Shown: positions 28,278-42,000 of the stretch, piece by piece | Numbering within the stretch: position 1 is the stretch's first letter | Layout of the letters: each line of letters begins with the position of its first letter | Source: Aplysia californica | Lineage: Eukaryota | Reading direction: 5' to 3' | Length of the DNA stretch: 64,000 nt | Assembly: GCF_000002075.1 (NCBI RefSeq) | Contig: NW_004797271.1 | Location: forward strand, 697,293-761,292 | Notes under the pieces: model-generated | What the model saw: the letters and a program-made list of their open reading frames with translations, nothing else | Told to the model about the DNA's origin: nothing | Databases searched by the model: none | Made by a program: the position numbers and the translations under genes

Positions 28278-31200
28278 ATAAATATATATTGGATGAGAAG
28301 AAAGGAAGTAGTGAGAAAGGTTTTTGAAAATGGGTATTCCAATGTAAAGCGCATTGAGCTACTTTTTTGGAAATGAGCTGTATAAATGTTATATATTATT
28401 ATTATTATAAATAGCAGACATACATATAATAAATAACAAACAGACATATCTACAGCAAGTAATGATCAGACACTTGTATAATAAATTACAACAGACACTT
28501 GTGTAATAAATAACAAACCAACATTTGTGCAATAAATAAAAAAAATAGGCACATTAAACTCCTAACCCGTCGTGTGTCTTCACAAGAAGAAAGCAAGCTA
28601 AGTTCATTTCGAATTTTATTTATATAAATTTGTTTCGTTGTCTAACTGAATGGAATTGTAGTGAAATACGTATTGTCTATGTTGCTAACTGTGTATTGTC
28701 TAAGTGGTTTACTCTGTTTTATCTTTGTAGTTAACTATGTGTTTCTTGTATGTGTTTTTTTCAGGCCCTTCTGTACTGTGAAGTGATCGCGGCCACCCTG
28801 CAGCAATACCCCACCTGGTTCCAGCCTGCCTTTGTCAAACTGGTCTATCAGGTACGCTTAAATGGTCTGTGGGGAATGATTAAATGGTCTGTCATGCATG
28901 GTTAAATGGTCTGCTCTGTGGTATGGTAAAATGGCCTGTCGATAATTGGTAGGATAAAATGGTCTTTCAACTACGTTAACATGATACATCAGTAATCAGG
29001 TTGAGTTAAATGGTCTATCAGGTACGGTTTAATGGTATGTCAGGTTCATTTAAATTGTCTGTCAGAAAGAGTTCATCCACCCTTGAAGAAGTCTTTGAGG
29101 CAAAATGCTGTTTTAGCACCAGAACTATTTACATTTATCCTTTGAGCAAGACTGTGCACCTGAACTCCTGTGCTGACTGCTAGTTATATGTCACTGTTCT
29201 CTTGAGTTGGTAGTTGGGTGCTCAGGTGAGTGAAAGTTGTCACACTGAGGTATGCACGGGGGTTCAGGAGGTTCAACTGTCGTAAGAACTTCCCAACACT
29301 CTCCTGTCTTACTCTGCTGTTTTGTGCTGATGCTTTTTCTCTCCTTTGGAGCATATCAAGGAAGTCAAGATCAGAAGGGAGAGAAGTTGTACTCGGGCAG
29401 TCTGCTTCCTCTGTTTTCTACCATGCAAAGTTATTTCATGCGTACTACTTTAAGATTGTCTGTCAAGACGATAAGGGTCATCATGTGTCGATGATGTTTC
29501 TAATTTCCCCTTGTCCTCTGAACCCTCCAGCTGTCGAGCAAGCTCAAGTACTCCGACCCCCAGCGGCTGCATACCAGCGAGGACGCAGAGGACCCCATGT
29601 GGCTCCAGCAGTTGTGGAAGATCTGTGCCGCTTATGACGTGAGTTTGTGTGTGTGTGTGTGTGTGTATGTGTCTGGCATGTGGGGTGAGCCGTGCAGCTT
29701 GGTAGGAGGCTCCATTGTTTGTGACATGGTTGTTGCTCTTGTTCTAGTACAGGCCATGTTTGTGTGTAACCAATGATAGTACATAACAAGATGGGCCACT
29801 CAGCCAAAAAAGTGTCCGCAGGAAGTATGCTCTTTGCTTCAGATGGCGCTGCAGTCTGTTTTGAAGCTCTCTTTCGTTTTTCCAGAAAAAGAATGGGGAA
29901 TAGCACCTCCTTGCGTGGGCAGATCGACTGCTGTTCATCAGCAGTTCGGGTTCGTTCAGTACAGAGTTTTAGTTTTTTAAAATTTTAATGACCTCTCGCC
30001 TTTCACTCTAAAGTCAAATTAAACAAAGAAAACCATCACCCTTTCCTCCGGAAGAGGTTTTTTGTCAGCGTAATCATTTTAAAAAAGCGTTCTTCCGAAA
30101 TTTATCCCAAGACTTGCTAGTTTCACTTTGATTTTTTAAAACTCAAGTAGGGTAACTCTGTTCGCAAAGAGTGCGCTTTTGTGAAGAGGGCGCCACCAAA
30201 TTTTGAGGACACTTTTTTAATTGGCTCAAAGAGAGAAGTGGCCCATCTTGTTATGTACTATCATTGGTGTAACGTAGTTGCTGATGTTTTAGTTCAGTTC
30301 GTTGTTCTTGATGTGATTATTCATGTTTTATTACAGTACATGATTGTGACATTGCTGATGTTTGAGTAAAGTCCATCGTTTGTTGTGATATGGTTGCTTG
30401 TTTTAGCGCAGGCCATGTTTGTGACGTGCTTGTTCATAGTTTTAAGTTAGTTAAGGCCATTGAAACGAACAAGCACTTCACGTGCCCTATATCAACAGGA
30501 TGGCAGTATCCAGCCAGTGTCGGGTCACGCCACGCCGGCCCTGTATGGAGCGACCGCCACCACCGCCAGTAGTGAGAGTGGAGAGGTCAACCCGTATGCA
30601 TATAACTATACCTCTGACCCTGCCCATGTGACTTCTGGGGCTGACCCCTATAACCAGCACCAGGTGAGGGAAAGGACAAGGTGACACTGGCAGTTTGACA
30701 ACTGAAAACCTAGAATCTGACAAAATAACATCATATTGTGTTGCCTTTTGGGAGACAGACATTTTTTAAGCTAAACCTTCTTTTCTATGTTTGTACATTA
30801 ATTGACTGCTCATAGACAGAAATTTACGGATATACTGAAGTCGAATCTGTTAAAAATCACTGTGATTGAAATTTTAACATACTAAGTTTTTTTCTTTTGA
30901 ACAGCAAAATATTGTCCTTTGTTTTCTTTTTTAGTCTTTAGTTTACTTGAAAATCCTGGTTAGAAAAAGACATTTTAATAAACTTTGTGCAGACGCTGTT
31001 TTCTTTCTTCAGTGCTCATGCCCACCTTCATATTTCTTTCTGTGGATTGTTGGCAGGGGGGGGGGGGGTTGTCGCAGTTAGGTTCTACTTCTTTATTTTC
31101 CCCTCCATTGATTCTGTCTTGTCTGTCCTGCTTTTTCCTCATCACTAAATGACCTTTATTGTGTCAATGTGTAGGCGGTTGATGGGTGCTCTGGTGTGGT

Positions 31201-34200
31201 TTGCTCCTTCTTTCCAATCAAACCTCTATCATCCTAATCTCTCCTCCTTTTCTGTGTTTGTGATTTACATAACACTTCTAATCTTTGGCACTTATATGAC
31301 CTTATTGTGTTGCAAGTGCTGTAAAACTATTACTAAAACAATTGTGTCAATGTGCTTCTGTTTACTCATTTTAAACTTTTTTCTTTCTCTCACTTTCCTC
31401 TCTCTATCATCCTGGCGAAAAGACCCCAGCCCAAGCCACAGACAACAGCTACTACGGTCATCAGAGCGGAGACGTGCAGTCGGGAGTGGACGCCACAGAC
31501 TCCAGTCACTACACACAGCAACAACCACCACAACAACAACCACAACAGCAACAACAACAACAACAACAGCAACAGCAGAATGCCCAGACACAACACTATG
31601 ACCCCAGCCAGTGGCAGCAATATGGTGAGCAAGCACCACTTTCTTTTCAAATATTTTTTTCTCTTTTTTTTTCTGCCACAAACTCTTGGGATGCTTGGTT
31701 TGGCCTTTCTTGCTGCGGTTTCTGTACCATGTTTGACCTCCAGCAACATTTGATAATGGCAGGCTATCCTTTGGTGGCTGCTGGGATTTAGTGGATTGTG
31801 AGATGGTGGGTGGTGGGGTTTCTCCTAATACAAACAGATTCGAGGAAGAAGACAAATGAAGTATTCCTCATATACAGTAGTGTTTAAATAAAAATCCTGA
31901 ATGTTTCCCTGAAGCCATATTGGCCTCAGATGTAGTAAGTCAGAAATGGACATTTGACGGCTATAGGTGGCTGCCAGAGCTGTTAAAGTACTTTTAAAAA
32001 GGTACTTAAGTACAAATGTAAGTACAATCTAAAATATGTACTTAAGTACAGTAAAAGTACTTTCCTGTAAAATGTACTTGAGTACAAGTACTTTTTAAAA
32101 AAGTACTTATGAGTACATTTTGAGTACTTTCTGCTAATATGCTAAAACACTTCAAAATGCAAAACATCATATTGAATAACATATCTAGTATATTTGACAA
32201 ATTCGGCCATTTATTACTAATAATGTAAACAGTATACAAAGCATTTGAATATACGCACTGAACGTAGGTGGAAATTGTCCGTGAAATTGAAAAAAAAACC
32301 CAGCAAACAAACAGACGCAACTAGTGAGTAAGTGATATTATGAATAGAATTTGTTTGAGCAAGACAATATGATCTAATGTAAGTCAGTCCTAGAGGTCGG
32401 AAAGTAGGAAAAGTATCAAAATTGGAAAATATAGAGACAAAATTGACCTAAGAAAATAAAAAATTGATGAAAATGGCCAGCAAAAAAAAAAGTGCTTTGA
32501 ATTCTTTAACAAATCCTCAAGGAATCAAGGTAGTCTTAAGCACAAACCACAAAAAAAAGGAAAAAAGAAATTTAGGTAGCCTAAAAAATTGTTAGATTGA
32601 TATACATTGAGAACTCAGTTTCAGTTTCAACTGATTATAATAGTGGTAAGACAGAGTTTGGTCACACTGTGTAGTCCACGGCGCCCACGGCAAACCAAAA
32701 TAGGCCTACATGTAATTTCCTAGAGTCTAGTAAGTGTAGTGTAACCAAAAATTCTCTACTACAGTAGTCTCCGCCTAAGATCCCAGTGCTCGGGAGCAAG
32801 GGAAATATGGGATCTTAGCCCGACGAAGCTAAGGAAGAATCTACAGTGACCCAAGAACTGACGTGACCCCTGGGTAGGTTTATGACATATGGCGAGCAAA
32901 GAGTGGTCATCCTTGGTGACCAATCACAGTAGCATGGTGGCATGAGGCAAGCCATAATATTATACCGTACACTCATTAGCATATCGTCTCGAGATCTTTA
33001 TCTACGTTTATCCAGTTGCCCCTCCCCTTTACCTGTCCAAAAATTGTAGCCTTCCATTTCTTGATTGAGTCCCCCCGCCTTTGTCGTTACGTACCATTAC
33101 GCTGTGACCACACCAATTAAAATTCCATCTGTCTCGCAATTTCGGGAATAGAGAAAAACTGCCTTCAACTTCAATGGTCAGGGAAGAGTTCACAGTTCGA
33201 TGTGATCCTGCCTGGGGCGAACTTGTAGGCCCAACCCACCCAGCGAGGGATGAAAGTTCAGGTGGCGAGCTCAGATGCGAGTGCGATGTTTGGGGAAAAG
33301 AAACGCCCATCGGTCTGTTCACACCTCGGTGTGATCCCGTCTGGGGATCATTGTACTTGTACCGTTTCATGGAGTTTTACAGCACATGTGATCACTTTCA
33401 CAAGAGTGGCTGATCTTTGACGCGACGGGCAGTTCTTTGATCTCAACTTTTAACTCTTGGTTGATCGGCTGTGCCCGCCCGGGTGTTTGTTCCGTAAATT
33501 ATGATCGGAAATGTCGGCGCTTATTCTTTCATTAAGCTTCAAAAGTACTCAAAATGTACTTGAAAAGTACTCAAAAGTACTTTTATAAAAAGTATCGGAG
33601 TACAGTAAAAGTACTGATTCTCAAAATGTACGGGAGTACAGTAAAAGTACCGAAAATTGTAACGTAAGTACAAGTACCGGAGTACTTGTACTCCGTTACA
33701 ACCAGCTCTGGTGGCTGCAAGGTGTATTTGGTAGATTCTGTTTCATTCCTTTCCCATTTGAGGACAGGGGCAGCTTGATTCGAAGAAACTTTCACACTGT
33801 TTGAGATTTGACATTTTCTATTCGTTCAGTTCCTTGTTGCTTGATGGTCAAACATTTTGCTTGATGGTTGAACATCTTGCTTGATGGTCAAACTTGCACA
33901 TTACTAAATCTCTTTTTCTAATTACTACTGGAGTGGAATTTGTCTATGATGTATTTATGCTTATGTAAGTTGACATTTTGGCTTCTTTTTTTTTTTTGAG
34001 GGGGGGGGGGAGGACAGGATAGTATCATGGCAGTCACTGACTAACTTTAACTTTGCTGCTTTACAGGATGAGTTAAAAAACATTGGAGTTACTTATTTTT
34101 TTTGCAAAAGAGTGAAATAATACAGAGAGGGTTGTGGGATAATAGGGATAATACAGAGAGGGCCTTGAGATAATAGTGAGGACTGTGGGATGATAGAGAG

Positions 34201-35078
34201 GACCATGGGATATTAGAGGGCCCTAGGATAGCGGAGAGAGGGTCGTGAGATAAGAGTGGATCATGAGATAGTTAAGTAATAAAGAGAATGCTGTGACGTA
34301 ATAGAGGGCTATGAGATAATACAGTGAGGACCATGGGATAATAGAGAGAGGGCCTTGGGATACAGAGAGGGCTTTGCGCATCTAATGCAGATTACATTCA
34401 CTTATGATCAGTCTGGGTGTGTAGAAGGACACGTGTTGACCAAGTGAAGTCACTCACAAACTCTGTTTGACAAACGCTAATCAAGACAGACACATAAAGA
34501 TCTAAGCATGTAGTGAGACTTGATTGAGGTTAAAGCAAAAGATATTCAAATGCATGGAATAGAACGACTTGTTGTGGAGGCATGTGAAAAAGATACATAG
34601 AGGTACTTAACAAAAATTCCAATAGCCTCAATATGCCATGATAGGTTGTATATGTATCCTGACTTGTCTCCCCTCTCTCCCATAGTATAGTGTGTATCTC
34701 GACTTGTTTTCCTCAGTGGTAGATTCTTTTAGAATCAAGACTTGTCTCACCTCTCGTGTTCGCCTTCTTGTATTTTTCTGTTTCTCCTTCCTTTGGAAAT
34801 TTTCTTCCTGCATGTGAGGTTGTGTGTGTGTGCGTGCACGTGGGTGTGTGTTCACGCAGGTGTGTGTTCAGGCAGGTGTGTGTTCAGGCATGTGTGTGTT
34901 CAGGCATGTGTGCGCGCGTGTTTGCACACATTATGTATGTCCGTGTAAGTGTGTACGTGAGGTTGTCTTATGTGCGTGTGTGTGTGAGTGTGCTCTCAGG
35001 CGCATCATTTTCTCATTTCTATCCTCTCTGTACCCTAAACCTGGATGTGTGTAGGCCAACAGTTTTCTGGGTATACTG

Positions 35079-35113
<35 letters not shown>

Positions 35114-38100
35114 GATTATGGTGGTGGAGACCAGCAGGGTTACTATCAGTCACAGCAGCCGCAGCACGATGCGGTGGGACGACAGCAACAGCAGCAGCAG
35201 CCTGATCAGCATTACGACCCAGCGTCATACGGGAACTATTACGGCCAGCCCCCTACATCCTCGGCAGATGGTAGGACAGGGGATGCCACTCTTGATTACA
35301 TTTTCTTTATCTCTTCGAAGCTTGAAGACCATAATGGAAAAACCCACTAAAGTCAAATTGTTAGGTTTAGAGAGAATCTGATCGCAAGGGCTAGAACACA
35401 CTGTACATAGGTTGAGAGAGAATCTGGATGCAAAGTTTCAAACACATTGTACATAGGTTTAGAAAGAATCTAGTTGCAAAATTTCAAAAGGCTGTACATA
35501 GGTTTAGAGAGAATCTAGTTTCAAAATTTCAAACACACTGTACGTAGCCTGGTTTTGAGAGATCTAATTCCAAATTAAAAACCTACTGTACTTTGATTGT
35601 TTTTCTATTGTAAAAATGTATGTATAACTTAAGACTGAGCCTGTTGCTCGGTCTGCCAATTTTTTTGAGTTACCTATGCAAGGAGTGCACATGCTGAAGG
35701 CATTAACCTAATTATTTTCTATATTTTTGTGATTTTGGTCACTTTTCCATTTTGGTCTTCTTTCGCCTTCCTTTTTCATTATCACTTGGGCTGCACAAAG
35801 GTTTTTGCTTTTCTCGGGTATTTTAGATGCTTGGCTCAGAACTTGTATTTCTCCTGTATCAAAAGTATTGTGCTTTCACCATGTAGCTGGAAGAAATATG
35901 TCAACTTTTTTCATTCTGTAACCATTACTGAGGTCACTATGTGGGTCCTCGATAAAAAACAGGAGTCAGCTTGCTCTGTGAATAATACAAAAATGCCATG
36001 GGCTATTTTTGTGTCTTCTCTCATCATTTAAATCAGAAAGTTTTTCCTTCTTTTTTTGGGGGTCAAAATTTAAAAAAAATTATTTTTGTCTGTTAAAAAA
36101 ATGTTCAAGAAACCAGTGATAGGGTTAGAGCATAACATCATCATAAGCAGAGTTTTGATCTGAAAAACTTTGTGACAAAATAGGCTATCATCATTTCTTA
36201 AACTTCCACTTTTTCCCCAATCAGATTGCTAGCCAGATCCTAAATCTTTATTGTTTTAAAATATGTAACAAAACTGGCTGTAACCAATGATTTTCTACTG
36301 CATGGATTCTGTCTTTTTTAGTTTCTCATTTTGCCTGATTGTATTTTCAACCATTGTGTCTTCTGTTAATTTTTTTTTGGCCAAGAAATATTTACATTGG
36401 AAAATTATTTCAGGTTTGGGGGTTTTTTTCTGGAGGATGAGAAGGGGAGTGTCGTTTCTTTTTCATATTGATTATGAAACTTAGATAATTCTCATTTTTC
36501 TTGTCTTGTATTTTTGTATCATGTACACTTTGGTTAATGTTTGCTTCTTTCATGTACGCTAAAACGTACGTTTAATCTTGCGCTAAAACGTATGTTTAAT
36601 CTCAGAACTGTGTCAGAGGGTGGTTGGGGGGTGCCACTGATAGGTCGTATATCTTTTCTGTCCTTCCGTAGGTTCTGATTTGCTCCTCCTCAGCACTAAA
36701 TGACTAATCGTGTCGATGTGCTTCTTTTTACTCTTGACTATATTAGACCTGCATGTTTGCCAACAATCGTCTGAAATCCCACAATCGCGACCCGACCCGC
36801 GAGCCGGCCGATGCTATCGCTAGGCCCACCTGTATTAGTCAATGTGCGTAGTGCAAGGCCTGGCCGGCTGCCAGCTCCCCCTTTTTCTCCCATCGGCTTT
36901 GTCGGCACTTTCATTTTCGTGGCGACGTCGGCGTTTCCGACATAATTGTCAGAACCTGAGTAGAAATGCGAATACGAAAAAGGACGACGACCTAAATTAT
37001 CTACTTTCAGTTTCGTGCTCGAGTGGCCATTTTGATTTTTTGTTTGTTGACTAATTCAATTTTTCAGATCGTGTGGATTCATTCAAGTCCGACTCACTTG
37101 TTCTAATAGAATCTAGATGTAGATTTATATAGGTCATTATAGACCTCAATGGAGGATTCATATTCCAATTCTATAGTGTCAAACCCTATCATAGGTTGTG
37201 CTGTAATATTAATGTTGGTAAAAAGCATTTCATCAGGTACGTGAATTATTTATTAGTATTAGATCTAGATTCTAGATAATCTATAGATCTATATAGAATT
37301 TAGATCTAGACTCAGCTGAGTCCCTTGTTCGGAATCGGGTGCGGATTTCTAGTTCAAGGCGAAGGTCTATTCCTATTCACTTGTTCTACAAGATCTAGTT
37401 GCGCAAAATTTTCAGACAATCTGGTTGAGGCTCACATGCAGGTCTACTATATAAACTAGGAGGGTTATTCCCAGATGAACAGCTGACTGACCTTTTGCTC
37501 AGCCCACACGCTCATCCCCCTCACCCCACCCCAACCGGTGTTGTAAGGGTTAACTTTGTGGATGGGGACACAGAGCATTACCAACTGCAACTGCCCCCTT
37601 CTCCTTAGGAATGAACATAGAGCATTACCAACTGCAATTGTCCTCTTCTTCTTAGGAATGAACATAAAGCATTTATTACTAATTGCAATTCTCCCCTTCT
37701 CGTTAGGAATGAACATAGAGCATTTCCAACTGCAATTGTCCCCTTCTCCTTAGGAATGAACATAGAGCATTTATTTCCAACTACAGTTGTCCCCGGGGGC
37801 TCTCTTGGCCTCGAGGTTAAGGTGTTGGCCTCTCATTCAAAGGTCCCAGGTTCGAATCCGGGTAGCAACCGAAACATTTTCTTCTCTAAAATTGTCTCCT
37901 TTCACCTCCTTTCCTGCTCTCTAGCAATATTCTGTTGTCTGCTGTCGTCTCCTCTTTCTGCCCCCACCCCATCACCTCCTTTGCCCCCTCCTCTGGGCTC
38001 CTGACTTTTTCTGCAGCCTTTCTACTGCTACTCCTTGAATCCTTCTTACAGCTGTCTATCTGCCACACCCCTGATTTTCTGGTAGGAAAGATCTACACCT

Positions 38101-38972
38101 AGCCTTCTTGGACAAGGGCGAAAAATCTCGGAGGGCCCGTGTGCAAGTTGCGCACGTTAAAGATCCCTTGGTGGTCTAAAATCGATAAGAGTAGGCTTCG
38201 GCCGCCACCCAGGCAAAATTCAAAATTTTCTACCAACTAAAAGTATTAGGTGTGTCCCGAGCGCTCATAGGACCTTATGCAGTTGCGAGCGCCGTAAAAC
38301 ACTTACCCCCCCAAAAAACAAAAAAAACCCCAGTTGTCCCCTTCTCCTTAGGAGAATGAACATAGAGCATTACCAGCTGCAATTGTCCCCTTCTTTTTGG
38401 AGGGGACATAGAACATTTCCAACGACAGGCTGTCCTCTCCTCCTAAGGAGGGAAGATAGAACATTTCCAACTACAGCTGTCCCCTCCTCATAAGGAGGGA
38501 AGATAGAACATTTCCAACTACAATTGTCCCCTCCTCCTAAGGAGGGAAGATAGAACATTTCCAACTACAATTGTCCCCTCCTCCTAAGGAGGGAAGATAG
38601 AATATTTCCAACTACAATTGTCCCCTCCTCCTAAGGAGGGAAGATAGAACATTTCCAACTGCAGCTGTCCCCTCCTCCCACAGGTCAGCTGGACTCCTCG
38701 TCCTCGTCCACACAGCTGAGCGGTCAGCTTCATCACTCCCAGAACTTCAACAACTTCGCCGTTCCCGCTGTACCTCAACAGCATCAGCAGCATCAGCAAC
38801 CGCAGCACCAGCAGATGCAGCAGCGCGGTAGTATCAGCACCGCGGATGAAGAGGACGACGACGACGATGATGATGATGATGAGAGAGACGGAAGCACCAT
38901 GGGATACTCAGCCACAGGGTTCGATTACTTTGGCAATGTGGGGGCGCAGGTAATTTGAACTGTAGTCTAGTA

Positions 38973-39007
<35 letters not shown>

Positions 39008-42000
39008 GTGTGGTTAGCTGTGGGATCTGGTAATATAGACTCTGACTGCTGGGTACTTGGGTCTGTTATTGTTGTTTGGCATTGTTGTGATTGTAAGTTA
39101 CTAGCGAAGAGTCTGATCAGTTGTTGTTGCTTGTGACGGTAAGGTGGTAGTGTTGTTGATAGCGCCGTAAAACAAATAAGCCAGCCATCTAACCGATCAC
39201 AAATGGCAAGGGGAGTTTCCTGTCTTTCCCTTTTCACCTGTAGTCTACAGATAAAGCGTTTGTCTGTTGGTCTTACTAAAAGCATACAAGTTATTTACTA
39301 GTTTTGTCTGTGTCTCACAAAAGTATGCAAGTTATATTAAAAATTTTACTTTTGTGCCTCACAAAAAGATAACAAAATTTTGTACAAGTTTTGTCTCTAA
39401 TCTCACAAAAAAGTGTACTAGTTCTACCCAAGTTTTTGTCTTTGATCTCATAAAAAGTGTACAAGTTCTTATATCTCACAAAAAGTATACAAATTCTATC
39501 ATATGTCTCTCAAGAAGTATACAAGTCCAAGTGCTATACAAGTTTTGTCTCTGTTTTACAAAATGTGTACAAATTATATACAAATTTTAATTTTGTCAGT
39601 GTCTCACAAAAAGTGTACAAGTTCTATACAAGTTTTGTCTCTGTGTTTCACAAAAAGTATACAAATTGTATACAAATTTTGTCTGTGTCGCTCAAAAAAT
39701 ACAAAGTATAAAGTTCCATACAAGTTTTGTCCTGTTTTCCCCAGCAGGTGGTGGCACCCCCCCACCGTTACCGCACATTGTCCAACAGCTCCACAGGAAG
39801 TGGTCGCCAGCGAAGACGCAGGACGACCTCAGGCAGTAGCACTGGCAGTGTCAAGGCCGCACCGCCTAAGGCCACGAACGCAGGGGCAAACACTGCTGCA
39901 GCACCACCTAGAGGGGATGATAAGGTAGGGAGTTGAACTAGAATTTGGGAAGGGCAGTGTGTGTGTGTGTCTGTGTGTGAGTAGTGTGTGGTGTGTTTAT
40001 GTGTTTGTGTGTGTGTGCATACGTCTGTGCTATAGTGGTTTGGCTCTTCGCTGCTGATCATAGAACTCATGATGGGTGGTTGGCAGGTGCTCTGGTGTGG
40101 TTTGCTTCTTGTTTCCTATCAAATATCTATCGTCCTTATCTCCCCTTCTTCTTTTTTATGTTTGTTACTCTTTTGTAACACCTCTAATCTTCTGGCGCTA
40201 ATATGACCTTATGCAGTTGTGAGCGTCGTAAAACCTATACTAAAAAATAAATATAAAAAAAATAGAACTTATGAGTTTGATTCTTGCTTTGGGAAGTTTA
40301 TTTACCAGATAGGTCCTGATTGACAAGGTTGAAGCAGCCTGCCTCCTGGTCGGTCTAGATTGTGTGTGTGCGTTTTGTTGTTGTTGTTGTTTTTTGGGTT
40401 GTTGTTTTTTTAAAAAGAGGACGGATACCATCCACTAGAGATAATTGAGGCTACTTAAAGCTACATCAACTTCTATAACATCTGTCTTGCTTTGTACTCA
40501 AAGCACAAGGCCAAAAAGTCAGGAACAGATGCTACGCTTTGATCTAGCCAAAAGGCTGAGAAGCGTCTAGATTGTGTTAATAGCAGCATAAAACACAGAC
40601 TCATTTATTGCTATCTTTTGGGGGGGGGGGGGAAGAAATGTGAATACGTTGTGATGTAAAAGTAACACCCGTGGTTTTTCCTTTTGTTTATAACACTGAC
40701 GTGAGCTGAAGTTTTTCCTCGTGTTGTCATCAACAGAAGCAGAAACAAGGAGACGGAAAAGGATGGTTTGGGGGGATCTTCAGCAAATTTTCTGCTAAAG
40801 GCAAAAATGAGATGATCCTACCAGATGACAAAGACCCAGCGGTGAGTTGCATACGATAAAGATCCCTTGGTGGCCCAAAATCGATAAGAGTAGGCTTCGG
40901 CCGCCACCCGCGCGAAATTCAAAATTTCCTACCAACTGAAAATGTTTAATGTGTCCCGCGCGCTCACATGATCTAATGAAGTTGCAAGCGCCTTAAAACA
41001 ATTTAAAAAAAAAAAAAAAAGACCCTGTGGTGAATAAAAAAATTAGTTTTATTTTATTTTTATAATAGAAAACGTTGTTATTTGTAGTAAATAAAATCAT
41101 ATTGTCATGGAGTTGTTACAGAAAGCATTGTCTCTCGTAAATGTGATGTAGAATAATGTTGTAAGCATAGATATTTATATTGATAACATTATATAATAGA
41201 ATTACTTCACAATAGAGTTGTATTGCTGTGGTAAATGCAGAACTGTATTGTTAACAGTATATTGTATAGTTGGATTGTCAAAATTTTACGATGGAATTAT
41301 ATTGTCTAAACTGTATAATAGAGGTAGATTAGAAGAAAAAATTAGAGTAATGCTGTTCTATCTTATGGTGGAGAGCATAATTGTGTCGATGTGCTTCTCT
41401 TCAAACAAACGGGATAAATTTTCCAATCCTTAAATGACAGTTATCATGTTGGTGTGCTTTTTAAAATCTCAAACAAACAAAACACAAAGTGATATTTCCA
41501 TCTTGTCTGTGCAGATTGTGTGGGATCCGGTGAAGAAGAAGTGGATGAATGCTGATGGGACAGAGGATGAGGTAGCCAGCGCAGCCCCCCCTCCTAAAGA
41601 TGCTGATCTCATGGGTGAGTTGCCTCTCATGGGTGAGTTGCCTCTCATGGGTGAGTTGCCTCTCATGAGTGAGTTGCCTCTCTGGGTGGCCTAGGGAAAA
41701 ATAAATCAAACTTTTCTGCTCAAAACTGTACTTTAATCAAACTTTTCTGCTCAAAACTGTACTTTAATCAAACTTTTCTCCTCCAAACTGTACTTTTTTC
41801 GTTTTTGTACCATACCCTACCCCATTTTATTGACATAAAAGTCTTGAAGCCTCTTGCTCGCTTTGGGAAAAATAGAAGGCAGAAAGGGCATAGATAAATG
41901 ACGAATAAGTGGCCAACAGATGTGTGATGGAAAAGATAATAATATAGCTTTTTTTTTTCCGAGCGTCGGAGCAGTGAAGTGATTGGCAAACCAAAATGGC

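Noticed and set aside
37795-37870. tRNA gene (also 2771-2840 and 59212-59290)
   Set aside because: A/B boxes are present but each continues into a SINE body with a tail (and a TSD at 37795); no intact cloverleaf or T-run terminator evident.
38845-38945. FFAT motif after the polyD tract (GFDYFGN)
   Set aside because: Does not fit EFFDAxE well enough to support a call.
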